Shown here: in pieces, positions 26,806-39,100 of the stretch
Layout: every line of letters begins with the position of its first letter
Position numbering within the stretch: position 1 is the stretch's first letter
Assembly (NCBI GenBank): GCA_047495785.1
Contig: JBLDXI010000011.1
Span: forward strand, 1,426,001-1,490,000
Direction of reading: 5' to 3'
Source: Lepidodermella squamata
Lineage: Eukaryota > Animalia > Gastrotricha
DNA: 64,000 bases
Notes under the pieces: model-generated
Databases searched by the model: none
Told to the model about the DNA's origin: nothing
Seen by the model: the letters and a program-made list of their open reading frames with translations, nothing else
Translations under genes and position numbers: made by a program

Positions 26806-26990
26806 GTCGAGAGATTCGGACTTTACAAATTATAGATTCTGAAATCTATAATTTGTAAAGTCCGAATCTAAGCCGATAGACGGGCTATTAGTTTTTACCT
26901 GCTATTTTTGAGTAGCATACCTTAGATAAGTGCCCGTTTTGTACACAATAAAACAAGAAAATGTGCAAAAAAAAAAAAAAAAGTCGAGAG
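26806..26990 (+). mobile_element. Short poly(A)-tailed retroinsertion with a 5' palindrome and target-site duplication
   Basis: GTCGAGAG at 26806-26813 and again at 26983-26990. Perfect 27-bp inverted repeat at 26812-26838 and 26843-26869. AATAAA at about 26947; A16 tail at 26967-26982. Confidence 0.75.
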
Positions 26991-27214
26991 CCTGCTGCGA
27001 CAGCAGCCCACCCGTTGTTGTCCCTACCTTACAACAGCATCGACTGGTTTTGCTCTTGGTGCTGTTCGAAAAACACAGCTTCTAATTTCAAACAGCCACC
27101 TGATGTCCTTATGTCCAAGGATTAGGTGTTAGGTAGTAGGGCTCTATTTATACCCGATGATTGAATTTGTTTGAGGTTCCCGATGAGGTATGAGGGCAGT
27201 TGGCGCTGTTCAGC

Positions 27215-27900
27215 TCAAGGTCTGGCTGATGTGATGCAACTTGGATTTTGAGCTTCCTCTGACAGAATGCCTCTGCTCATAAGGTTTTGGAGAATTCCCG
27301 ATCGAGATTTCGTTTTCGGGGAGATTGTGGTTATGCGTGTCTCCCACGAAAGAAGGGGCGACAGGGTGACACCGAGATATTTGAGTTGTCGCAAAATCGG
27401 GACTTTTTGACCGTTGAGAAACAGAGAGAATGACGTGGGTGAATGTCCGGAAGCCATGGCCTCGCATTTCGAGGCGTTTAGTACCAATCGCCTCGAACAG
27501 CACCACGCTTCGACTTGAACCAGGCTGCGCTGGATGCGAGCGGCACATGCAGGAAGGCTGTCGCCGTTGGCCCAGTTCAGCGCATCGTCCGCATACGTTC
27601 CTTTGGCGCCATCTTTCTCGGCGTCTTCGGGTCGGCAGGCTTTCTGCTGCATATCCGCTGTGTATAGAGCAACTTATAGATTTTATTTATACCGACCAAC
27701 AATACAAACGACCGCGCCCCTTCCGGCCGAGGCCGCTCTCGGGGCCAGATGCACTAATATCAGCACGTGAGGCATCATATATAATCATGGTGAAGGAAAC
27801 TAAGTAATTGAATTGGTGATAATAAAATAACCAGTGAAAGTTCTTTCATGGAATGAAAAGAATAGGACTAAGAGGTGACCCCTGGGGAACCCCACATTCT
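27215..27900 (-). mobile_element. Degenerate non-LTR (LINE) reverse transcriptase fragment
   Basis: VPQGSPLSPILF at about 27850-27890, then YADD...LVLNASKCEAM...LKYLGVTLSPLLSWE in ORF 27215-27652. About 190 extra bp separate the two motifs. Confidence 0.85.
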
Positions 27901-28543
27901 ACTGGACGAGAAGCGCTCACTTCACAGCCTACCTTCACGCAGAAGGATCGGTCTCAGGAAGTCCGATATCCACCGAATAAACACGCGCTCGACCAAGATA
28001 TTTCTTTTGACCAGATTTTACGTAGTTCGACATCGCCAACTGGACAGGGGCGTGCCGTGGCTTTTGAATCGCGTGGCCGATGTATCGCCATAGCATTTTC
28101 CTGACTGCATCTGACAGCCTCGATGTATTGGTTTTATCATACAGGGCTTCGCTATTGATTGTGTCAGGGTATCTTATACCTAGTAGCCGTCTAAGCTGTT
28201 TTCGATTTTCAATGATGAGAATCGAAGGGAGTTAAATGGCAAATTAGGCAACACCTTTCCTTTGGACAGAAATGTAATTCGAACTTAGCTAGAAAGCTTA
28301 TATTCCGGTGAAGGCGATGACCGAAATTCTTATCCGATTCTGAAGGTCTTCATTGACTCCGGGAGGCTTCCAAGCTTTACATTCAGATTTCAGTTAAAAG
28401 TAAGCTGTGCAAGCAGTGCAGTTGCGATTAGTCATAAAGCATAAATCTACCACAGGGAATATGGCCGAACTATGTTTATCTGCTACGGAATTGTTGAAAT
28501 TGTACTATTTTAAATTTAGATACTTAAGCAGTTAGCTCAAGTT

Positions 28544-30466
28544 ATGTCAAACGTTGTTGACCTCACGTCTTCAAACTCCGACGATAACTCGGATTCAAAT
28601 TCTACGGTTTCCTACGAAATATCATCTGATGACGATGCTGCAGTTGAACAGAGCCGTAAGCGAAAGGACTCATCACCTGGACCGGATAGTAAGCGATTAA
28701 GCGATGCCAATCGTCCAGTCATCACGCCAACCCAAGGTGACGGTCTTGGCTATCGTTTAACCACTGTGTCTGGAATAAGCAAGTCCTTCAACGACCCAGC
28801 GATGGCTGTCTCCCTGCGATCAGTGCTTGCCGGCTCGCCGAAAATGGGCCCTCTTCTCAGCTCAGTGCAGTTTAATTATCTGTTCGACGTTCATTGGCTA
28901 ATCGAACAATACCCAGCAGAGAGTCAAACATCACCCATATTGATGATCCACGGATTTCGAGGCAACGACGAGGCTAATATGAAAGTCATCGCCTCGCCCT
29001 ACCCCCAAATCACGTTAGCCCAAGCTCGGCTCGAATCTCCCTACGGAACTCATCACACCAAGATGATGTTACTTGAACACGAGCGTGGTTTACGTGTTGT
29101 CATTCATACTGCTAATTTAATCCACGAAGATTGGCACCAGAAAACGCAACTTGTTTGGCAATCACCTTTCCTAACCCGTCGACCCAGCGATCGCACCGCA
29201 TCGCCAGCCCCATCAGCTTTCCACACATCGCTCGCTCAGTATTTAAACGCGTATAACCTACCAGCGTTGAAAGACTGGGCTGAAAAGTTGAAACAGTTCG
29301 ATTTCTCGCCGATCGACGATGACTTGGTCGCGTTTGTCGGGTCGGTGCCTGGCCGCCATGCCGGGCCTCACATCAACGCATTCGGCCACATGCGATTGCG
29401 GGCGCTGCTATCAAAACGGCCGTTCAATCAACCGGCTGATGCGACTCGGGTCATGTGCCAATTTTCTAGCATTGGCTCGTTAGGCGAGTCGGCTGATAAA
29501 TGGCTCATCCCTGAATTGATCGGGTCTTGCCTCGCCGGGTTCTCGACCGGGAATGACGGGGCTGTTTTGAAGGCTGTTGCTAAGCCGAGGCCGATTTTGG
29601 TCTACCCGTCAGTTGCTGATGTTCGAGGGTCGTTGGAAGGCTATGCGGCCGGCGGGTCGCTGCCGTATCGCAAGGATGTGGCGGCTAAGCAGAAGTGGCT
29701 GTCGAGCTATTTGCACTGTTGGCGGGCGAATATGACCGGCCGAACGAGGGCTATGCCGCATGCGAAGACATTTTCGGCGGTTTCGAGCGATTTTGAACGC
29801 ATTTTCTGGCTGCTGATTACATCGGCAAATTTATCGAAAGCTGCCTGGGGTAAACTGGAGAAAAACGATAGCCAGGTAACATTTTTTGAAAATCTCCGAA
29901 ATTCTAAAAAATTCGGAATTTTCGATAATTTTTCAAATAAATTTCAAAAATTCACGAATAATCAAAAAAATGATTTTACAATTTGTTACTAAAATTTGCT
30001 AAATTATTGGATACTTAGCGATATAAAAACGATCGTCAGGTTAATTTTCCAAAAAATCTCAAAAACTTCCGAATTTGCATAATTGATAATTTGAATATTT
30101 TAAAAATTTGTAAAAATTCATAAATAATATAAAAAAATGTAAAAAATTCTAAATTATTGGAATCTCTGCGGATATTATTTTCGGAATTTTGCAAATTTTT
30201 TGAATATTTCAGCCAAATTTTTCAAATTTTTCTGCAATTTTCTTGATTTTACTGATTTTTTCGCTCATATTTTTTAGTTGAATATCTTGTCATATGAAGC
30301 CGGCGTGTTGTTGTTACCGCCTCGTGATTCGCCGAGTTGGAAAGCCGCCGACCTTCTGCTGCCTTTCGACTTGCCGCCGCAGCCTTACGGCCGAGCCGAC
30401 GAGCCGTGGATTGCCGACCAGCCGCAACAGCAGCGCGACACGCACAACCGCTCGTGGCTTGTCTGA
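28544..30466 (+). CDS. TDP1: Tyrosyl-DNA phosphodiesterase 1
   Basis: Exons 28544-29875 and 30278-30466. Catalytic HKN motifs GTHHTKMM...TANL and RAMPHAKT...TSANLSKAAWG; also QFSSIGSLG, SLEGYAAGGSLPY and SYEAGVL. Confidence 0.95.
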
Positions 30467-30770
30467 TGAAAAAAATCTCGATTTATTATACACAATCACT
30501 TATCATAATCTTTCAGCTGTGATAAGCTTGTTAGAATCAACATAAGACGATGGCTTTCATAATTTTCACAAGCGTGTAATATCGTTTAATTTGACAAAAT
30601 AAAGGTGTTTTTTGTCATGAGAAGAAGAGTTTTATTCGTCGAGTTTTATTCGTGAATCAATTATTCGTGAGCACAGGCAGAGATTTTGATAAATTGAGTT
30701 CCAAGGCAAATTCCAAGTGGCTGTTCAGAGTTTGTCAGTCGACCATATCGGTGATCCAGTGATTTCAGCT

Positions 30771-31771
30771 TCATTTTTCAGAAAAATCTTTCGACGGTCG
30801 GGTGAAAGCAATGAGCTGGTAGAATAAAATATTACGCATTAAATAAATTATGGCTAAAGGGACCAGCCAAATTTGAGAATTCGACTAACATCCGCCAAAA
30901 AAACCGTCATAATTATTTTTATCAACATTTGTAGGTATTTCAAAACGAATTGAAACTATAAAAAAAACAAAAGCTGAAATTCATCGTATTTCCTAGAATT
31001 TTTTAAATTTTTTAAATTTTTTTGATTTCTTGACTTGTGTGGGCGCGGGAGGAAACAGCGAAAAATCCTCCCCAAAATGCTGTGTAATGTGCTATATTAA
31101 AATCGCTGTTATGTCGCAAATTAGATTTTTCGCTGTTTTGTCGCGTTCGCTGTTTCGGGTATTCGCTGTTATGGCGGTCTGCCGTGGGGTGACAAAAACT
31201 TGAAAAGTGCTCCACAAATTCGCTTCCTCGTCTAAATTTCAATTTTTTTTACTTTCAAAAACATTCAAATTTCCGTTATTTCCAGACAAGTTGAAATACC
31301 TTGGATGCCGTATTTGAAAAGAAAATGAGGATGCTTAGCCATTTTTGCTCTCGCTCAGCTGCACAAATGAGCTTCTCAGAGACGTTATGGCACTTGGTTA
31401 TGCGGTTGTGCTCGTCCATGAGCGCCTCCAATTCTTCCAGAGTCATCTCTTCAATTTTCGAGTTCGCGAGCCTTCGCCGATAATCAGCACACAGAGTTGC
31501 AGTTTTCTCAGCTGCCTCTCTAGCAGCCTTGGTTTTTCTTAGCAAGCGACGGACACTGAAAAAATAATCAAAATTTGAGACGGAAAAATTAAGGCCAAAA
31601 ATCATTTGAAATGGTTGAATTTTCGGCTTAGAGCTTTTTTATAAATAAGCGGTTAAACCAACCTAGCTCTCTTCCATCCTTGGTCATTATTTCTGAAAAA
31701 AATTGCCTTGAGTTATCTTTTCTCATTTAGAAGTTTGAATCGCACCCGTTTTTGTCCTCTGGATTCTCCAT
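30771..31771 (-). CDS. Orphan small helical protein, subfamily A, copy A1 (about 118 aa, 4 exons)
   Basis: Exons 31746-31771, 31663-31692, 31300-31555 and 30771-30815 splice in frame to MENPEDKNGNNDQGWKRASVRRLLRKTK...KWLSILIFFSNTASKLIAFTRPSKDFSEK*. Exon-by-exon paralogy with A2-A4. Confidence 0.7.
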
Positions 31772-32303
31772 GATCAAGCGGCAAGCTTTGAACTCGACTG
31801 GCGAAAATAATTATTAAAAATCTGGCTATCAGTAAATTTCAACTGCCGAGTTTGAATGATTTTCTATTACTTAGTAATTATCGAGGAAAAATGACTTGGC
31901 AAGAAAATAGACCAGATAAAACTGATCTGAGATTAACGACTTTAATCGCGCAAAAATTGCTCAATTTCCCGCGAGCTAATAGAAAACTGGCGGCAAAAAA
32001 TGCAGCGTGTTCGCGAAGCGTGGTTGCCGCGTTTATTCATCTCCAGACTTTTGCGCTCTGATCGCGTGGCATCAGCCTACTGAGCGAGAAAACTCCCGTC
32101 GCCAAAATTCACCAATTTTACAACAAAATTCACTTGATTTTTTAATTCAAGAGAAGAACGCTTTAAAAGTTTGGGATCGACGCAGCTTTTTGTTTCTCAA
32201 ATAACAGCAATTTTACTCGATGTTTCTTAATTACAATCAAAATGGCAACAGCACAAATCAAATTTCAGTTTTCGAATTGAGCGAATTTAATAAATTAGCC
32301 GCT

Positions 32304-32843
32304 TCAGTTTTTGCTCGACTGTTTTAGCTGGTTCGCCATCGCCGAAAGCTGAGAAAAAAATTTATTAAAAAATGTGATAGATTTTTCAAATAATGTGACA
32401 GAATGTCGAACTTGATAAAAAGTTGAAACCATCAATGCCCGCGTCACGGCCGAACGAACTTTCACTTCGAAAATGCGCTGTTTAATTTCTTGACCTCGCG
32501 CCTGAATGAGCTTGAATTCGGCGATGAAAGCTCGACCTTCGTCAGTATTGAGACTCAACAGCTGCTGGTTTGCAAAGCGCTGATGCAGATCATTCGTATC
32601 GAGCTCAAGTTTATTAACGTCAGCTTCTAGTGATTCAGCCTCAAGAAGGCTTGGCAACTGTAAATGAACAAAATTTTTATTCCGCAAAATCCTCGCTATC
32701 ACTCGCTATCACTCACATTCCAACTAGCCATTCTGAAGCTGCTGGAGCACGGCTACAAAAAAATTGAGCAGATCGACGAGATGTTGGAGCAGAAAGTAAA
32801 CTAACATTTCGTCACAAGTGCCGCTCTTTACCAACTTGACCAT
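32304..32843 (-). CDS. Orphan small helical protein, subfamily B, copy B1 (stays in frame only with a shifted AAG acceptor)
   Basis: MVKLVKSGTCDEI / RAPAASEWLVG / ...LLEAESLEADVNKLELD...RSAVTRALM / LSAMANQLKQSSKN*. It has a 4-nt deletion relative to B2 at the start of exon 3, so it could be a pseudogene. Confidence 0.55.
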
Positions 32844-33967
32844 TTCGCGAGGGGATGATGAACCGATGAAATGAAAAAACTACAGAAAAGCGTTCAAAAA
32901 CGTGAAATTTCGCGTTACAAAAATTGCGAAGTAAAACTGTAAAAACTAGCAGAAACGTTTTTTAAGGTGGATTTTTTTTTACTGAAAATTACGATATTTT
33001 TAGTGATTAACGTACCTTGGTTTTTTGATTGGGTCGAAACTCGAGTCCTACGTATTTGGCGAATTATTTCCAAAGAAAATATTTTTCACGATCGCTTCGA
33101 AGACCCCAAACTTAGTAGGAATTTTCTCATCAATTTTTTTCGCTACATGATTCGGCTTTCTTTCCGAAATTACGTCTACGGCATCTCATTTTAGCCTTCT
33201 ATTTCACTGCGGGGATTAAAAAAAGCTAGCAGATGCCCTCCGAAACTGTGTAGACCAAGTGTCAATATCGTTCGAATATTTTCTGAAATCGTGACCGAGC
33301 CAGGTTTTCAAGGTACCTACTGATGAGCCCTTGAGTACAGAAACAGTTAGACAATCGACTGTGCATCAATCGCATGGAAAACTCTGGAAAATTTTTGGAA
33401 TCTCATTTTCAAGCTCATTCGAACTCTTTCGAAAAGTGTGTTTTTGTCATAAAAATGAGATTTTAAACGACTTCTCCCGATGAAATCCAAAGGCGAATAA
33501 TTGAAAAAAATGGGACGATTATGGACAGAGAAAGCGGATTCGAAAACAACTGATATTCGGCTTGATGTTATGAGGCATGAAAGTTGCGAAAATCTCCATT
33601 CTGAAATTCCACAGTGCGAAACTTACATCGTCGAGAATCTTGCCTATTTTTCTGCTCGTTTTTACAGGTTTTACTTTGTTATTTTCGACACTCGGTTCGT
33701 CTAGCGTGGGGATAAAAATAAAGACTGCGCTAGGCGGGCTGGGTACACCGGGGTGAATTTTATTTTATAGTTTTTCCTTCCTATTCGCTATTTCCTTATA
33801 GTTAATCTTTGTTCTGTATTATATCGGTAAAAGAAGGAAAATATAAAATAAAGATAATGTTATGTTATGTTATGTTTACTTTGTTATTTTTATCGCGCGA
33901 AGTTGCTTGTTTTTGCACGCTTTTCTGTAGTTCTTTCCGTTTCATCGGCTTGTCATCTCCTTGCGAA

Positions 33968-36200
33968 ATGGTCAAGTTGGAAAAGAGCGGCACTTGTGAC
34001 GAAATGTTAGTTTACTTTCTGCTCCAACATCTCGTCGATCTGCTCAATTTTTTTGTAGCCCTGTTCCAGCAGCTTCAGAATGGCTAGTTGGAATGTAGTA
34101 AATTGAACTGCCTTGAAGTCAGCAGCGAAATTTAGCAGCTGAAAAAACTGTCACTGTTATAGAGTTGCCGCTTTGTAACAAAGTTGTTATGGACCTCCGC
34201 AATCGATTGACATCAAATTTGCCCATATAACACTCACCTGTCGCTCACCTGCGAATTTCGCTGCTGAATTCACGTTTCAGGGTGTCCACAATGTGTTTTT
34301 CTTAGCAGCTGTGCTTGACATGCACTATTCGAGTGTCCTGATGAGTGTTATGGGTGTTTTCGACCCTGCTGAGTCTGATTTTGACTTCAATTTTTTGATC
34401 AGACTCATCCCTGACCTAGTTTCGGACAATTATCTGCTAAAAAGGGTGTCTAAATTGCTTTGAACGTCGCAGCTGAGCTCGATTTGGGTGTTATGGTCTT
34501 CGGAATACCGTGGGATACCGTAATCGACCCCGCTGAACATTGTTATGACATTTTTTCACGATGGGATTCATCCTTGACCTAGTTTCAGACACTTATCAGT
34601 TGATGATCTCGGAATTTCGCGTCAAACTCGCCTTGACAATTGCAGGAGAGCAATTGCAGGTGTTATGGCGGTCGCAATATTTCTTATATTAGTTGCGACC
34701 TGCGATTTTTCATGGCGCACTTGTTCGGCCGCGCATCTAATAAAAATAGCGCCAATGATTTCCAACCTTGAGCTCGACACTGCTTGGAAAAAAATTACCA
34801 TGCAATATACCTGTTAACTGTTTTAAATTTATAATTTTCGTTTTCCACATTTCTGCAAGAGATGCTGATTTATCACGAAATTCAATATGCGTTTCAGTAA
34901 AGCGTGAATATGTCAAACCCTGCTTTAAAATGTCCCAAAGAAAACTTAAAATGTTATTAAATTTAAAATGTAATTTTGACATATTGAGACCCATTCACGG
35001 CGACAAAGACAATTAATGCACGCTGTACTGATCATGAAAACATTATTCAACGCAAATTGTTCATCAAGTAACGCTTACTCCGCCTTTATTAGTCGAAATT
35101 TTTATCATGTCATTTTGGCGTTGTCCGGAACTAGGTCAAGGATGAATCCAATCGTGAATAGAATGTCATAACAATTTTCAACGGGGTCGATTACGATAGT
35201 TCAAGGTATTGCGAAGGCCATAACACTTGAAATGACCGTAGCTGCGATCGTCAAGGTGAGTTTGACGCCAGATTCCCAACCTACCAACAGGTAATTGTCC
35301 GAAACCAGGTTAGGGATGACTCCAATCATGGAATAAATGTCATAACAATGTCCAGCAGGGCCGATTACGGTAGTTTAAGATATACCGACGGCCATAACAC
35401 CTAAATTGAGCTCAACTGCCATCGTCAAGGTGAGTTTGCGCGAAATTCCGAGATCATCAACTGATAAGTGTCTGAAACTAGGTCAAGGATGAATCCCATC
35501 GTGAAAAAATGTCATAACAATGTTCAGCGGGGTCGATTACGGTATCCCACGGTATTCCGAAGACCATAACACCCAAATCGAGCTCAGCTGCGACGTTCAA
35601 AGCAATTTAGACACCCTTTTTAGCAGATAATTGTCCGAAACTAGGTCAGGGATGAGTCTGATCAAAAAATTGAAGTCAAAATCAGACTCAGCAGGGTCGA
35701 AAACACCCATAACACTCATCAGGACACTCGAATAGTGCATGTCAAGCACAGCTGCTAAGAAAAACACATTGTGGACACCCTGAAACGTGAATTCAGCAGC
35801 GAAATTCGCAGGTGAGCGACAGGTGAGTGTTATATGGGCAAATTTGATGTCAATCGATTGCGGAGGTCCATAACAACTTTGTTACAAAGCGGCAACTCTA
35901 TAACAGTGACAGTTTTTTCAGCTGCTAAATTTCGCTGTTGACTTCAAGGCAGTTAAATTGACGAGTGATAGCGAGGATTTTGTGGAATAAAATGCTTGTT
36001 CATTTACAGTTGCCAAGCCCTAGATCTTGAGGCTGAGATACTACAAGCTAAACAGCGCATTTTCGAAGTGAAATTCCGCTCGGCCGTGACACGGACATTG
36101 ATGCTATTAATTTTTTTATCATCAAGTTTTAGACATTCTGTTACATGGTAATATTTTTTGTTATCAGCTTTTGGTGATGGCGAACCAATAGATTCAAAAA
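33968..36200 (+). pseudogene. Subfamily B copy B2 (inverted duplicate of B1), disrupted
   Basis: Near-identical to B1 over exons 1-2. A foldback element sits just inside the intron-2 donor, a large part of exon 3 is deleted, and the exon-3 donor GT is lost (ttgatgctatt versus ttgatggtttc). Confidence 0.7.
34098..35962. mobile_element. Foldback-type non-autonomous DNA transposon with long modular terminal inverted repeats
   Basis: 34098-34645 is the nearly perfect reverse complement of about 35415-35962. A roughly 170-bp subrepeat (ttgtccgaaactaggtcaaggatga...ccataacac) starts at about 35120, 35295, 35468 and 35631. Absent from paralogous B1; no transposase ORF. Confidence 0.88.
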
Positions 36201-36272
36201 GACAAATTTCGCTAAATTCGACTACTGAAATCCGATTTTTGCTGTTGCCATTTTAATTAATAATTTGTTTTT

Positions 36273-36776
36273 GGTTGTACGACATTTCAGCAGTGACATT
36301 TCAGCAAATGAGGGTCAAATGAGCAGTGACTTTTCATCAGTGACAAATGAGCAGTGACATTTGAGCTGCGACAATTGCGCAGTGACTAATCATCAGTGAC
36401 AAGTCAGCAGAGATTTTTGATGATTTATATAAAATTTTTTCCAAATTTATTACCTATATCTCGGTGACATTTGCGCAGTGACATTTCAGCGGAGAAATTC
36501 CAGCAGGAGATTTTAGCCATATTCAGAAGGGGACTATTCGCTATATTGAAGTTGAGCTTGAAAAGTGCCCAGGATTAATAAATAAAATTTGATGAAGTGT
36601 CACTTGCTCATTTGTCACTGCTGAGAAGTCACTGCTCACTTGTCTACAAGAATTAATTAAATTAATACTAAAATTTGATTTTATGGATTTTTTACTCACA
36701 AGGTGTCACTGATGAAAAGTCACTGCTGATTTGACCCTCATTTGCTGAAGTGTCACTGCTGAAAAGTCTGACCACG
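36273..36776. mobile_element. MITE-like element with about 15-bp subterminal CAGTGAC repeats
   Basis: The left end (tttcagcagtgacatttcagcaaatgagggtcaaat...) is the inverse of the right end (atttgaccctcatttgctgaagtgtcactgctgaaa). Absent from the paralogous spacer near 32220. Confidence 0.75.
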
Positions 36777-37192
36777 TTTTTTGTTATTCTAATAAAATGC
36801 TGCGATGAAATGGTAGTATCAGGGAGCAATTTTCGCTAAATTTTCAAATCAGCGACCAATGTAGTAAAATTGCTGTATTTTGGCCAGGAGAGTTAGTTCG
36901 CTCACAAAGGTTGATGCCACGCGATCAGAGAGCAGAAGTCTTGTGATGAATCAACGCGGCGTGGCTTCACGAACACGCCGCATTTTTTGCTGCCAGTTTT
37001 CTCTTTTACAAGAAAAGCTCGCGGGAAATAGAGCAATTTTTGGGCGATTTTCCATAATTTCAGATTGGTTTTCTCTGGTCTATCATATCTCCTCGATACT
37101 AATTGACAATCATTCGATTTTAAAAGCTCGGCGGTCGAAATTTACTGATTTTTAGTCATTTTTTCTCAAGTCGATTTTTAAATTTTAAAATC

Positions 37193-37848
37193 ATGGAAGA
37201 CAAAAACGGGTGTGATTCGAACTTTTTAAAAGAGCACAGATTTCTGAAAACATTTATTTTTAGAGAAACTGGCAAAGGCATGATTGGACTGATCAGAGCT
37301 AGGTTTAACCCTTTACTTTTAATAATTTATTTGAAAAATTCTTGAAAAATTCCGAAAATTTCAAATTGAATTAGGACTGAATTTCGGTCTCAAGCTTGGA
37401 ATTTTTTCCAGGGTCCATCGGATACAAAGAAAAACCAGCGATGCTAAAAGAGCTTCTGACGAGGTTAAACGTATGTGGGCTGATTATCAGCGAAGGTTTG
37501 CCAACTCGCCAGAAAAGAAGTCTGCGGAAGAATTGCGTGCGTTCCTGGACGAGTGCGACCGCATAATGGAGTGCTCCAAGGCCGCTGAAAAGCTTGCTTG
37601 TGAAGCTGAAGCTGAAGCTGAGCGAGAACTAAAATGGCTAAGCATCATTGCTTTCTTTTTGGACTTGGCAACTAAGGTACGTCAAGAATTTTCAAATTCT
37701 TTCGGAATTCGGAAAATTAAAAAACTGATTGGGAAAGGTTCACAAAGATTTCTAAACCTTAAAATCCCAAAAAATTTGAAAAATTAAAGTCTTCATAATT
37801 TATAAAATGTGTAATTATTTATTTTACCAGGTGTTTTCTTGCATCTGA
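37193..37848 (+). CDS. Orphan subfamily A copy A2 (inverted paralog of A1)
   Basis: Exons 37193-37209, 37264-37302, 37412-37676 and 37831-37848 give MEDKNGETGKGMIGLIRARVHRIQRKT...ELKWLSIIAFFLDLATKVFSCI*. Confidence 0.7.
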
Positions 37849-38588
37849 CAGTCGAAAGATTTTGATAAAAAATGAAGCTGAAATCAAAGGCTTGGCTGGC
37901 ATCATTGACTAACTATGTAGAGCCACTTGGAATTAACCTTGGAACTCAAGTATCAATACCGGCCTGTGCTTCACGACTTGAGAAGCTTTGATTTTCGCAG
38001 ATATATAAGATTCACGAATAAAACTCGACAGCGCTATATCGGCATTTTCTTGCTGGAATCTCCATCCGAAAGTAGAAATTCGTCCAGGCAACTACAATTA
38101 GTTGAGACATCAGGAGGCTCAACTCGTGGACTTTCCTGTACACTTTTTTCCGTAATTCGTTTAGGCAAATGCAATCAGTGATTCGTTCGTCAGTGATTCT
38201 CGAACTCAAACGATTGGCACGCTTTTTGAGAGCCACTTGGCGAGCCTTGATAACTGACCACGTCTGGTGAGGTTTGAAATGTGCCACGACCTGCACGTAT
38301 TTTTAGGTCAGCGGTTCGCATTATTAGGGATAATAAAACAAGGCACGGCGCGCACACTGGCAAGCCACATCAATTAATCTAATCGGTTTCTTTCAATTTT
38401 CAGGCTCGTTTCTTCCTCAATCGGATTCAGAGTGCTAATAAGCTGTTCCAGGTTTAAAAAGCAACAGTTTTTTTTTTAAAATTCCACCTTAAAAAATGTG
38501 CGATTTTTTTTCTCGTTGAATTTTTCTTTGCAATTGTCAGCTCGCAATTTTCAGCGCTTTCCTCTGATTAACCTCCTCTTTGGCAAAA

Positions 38589-39100
38589 ATGGTCAAGTTG
38601 GAAAAAAGCGGCACCGCTGATGAAATGTTAGTTTCAAGTTCCATTTTTTTAACATTCTCAAATTTTGCTTGTTTTATTTTTACAGCCCATCAATTTTTGT
38701 CCCTGAATGGTTTAAATCGTAGTAAGTAAATTTATTTGAATTTCGCAAACAAAATCCCCCATTTTTTTCCAAGTTTGCAAGTGGTAGCCATCGATACTAA
38801 GGCTATCAAGGCCGAAATGGACCAGTTCAAGTTCGAATGGAATAACCTGCAACAGCGCTTTAGCAGCTATAACAGCCGCGAGCCGTCGCTACTAACTGTT
38901 GAAGGCGAAGCTTTACTCGACGAATTCTGTCTCATGAACGACCGCTGGAAAGACATCGACAAGCGCGCTTCTGAAGCGAAAAGTCGTTTCGACTTGGTAG
39001 TAGCGTTGATGGTATGATTAATTGCAAGTATTATTTGGAATATAACTTTTTTTTGAAATTTTTTCAGAAGTTGGAAATTACGAATCAAATAAGCCAATGA
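38589..39100 (+). CDS. Orphan subfamily B copy B3 (intact)
   Basis: Four exons with intron phases 2,2,0 give MVKLEKSGTADEIPSIFVPEWFKSYLQVVAIDTKAIKAEMDQFKFEW...FDLVVALMKLEITNQISQ*. Confidence 0.7.

Noticed and set aside
35120-35720. Regularly spaced repeats that could suggest a CRISPR array
   Set aside because: They are full-length tandem modules of a foldback element with no unique spacers, in a eukaryotic context with no cas genes.
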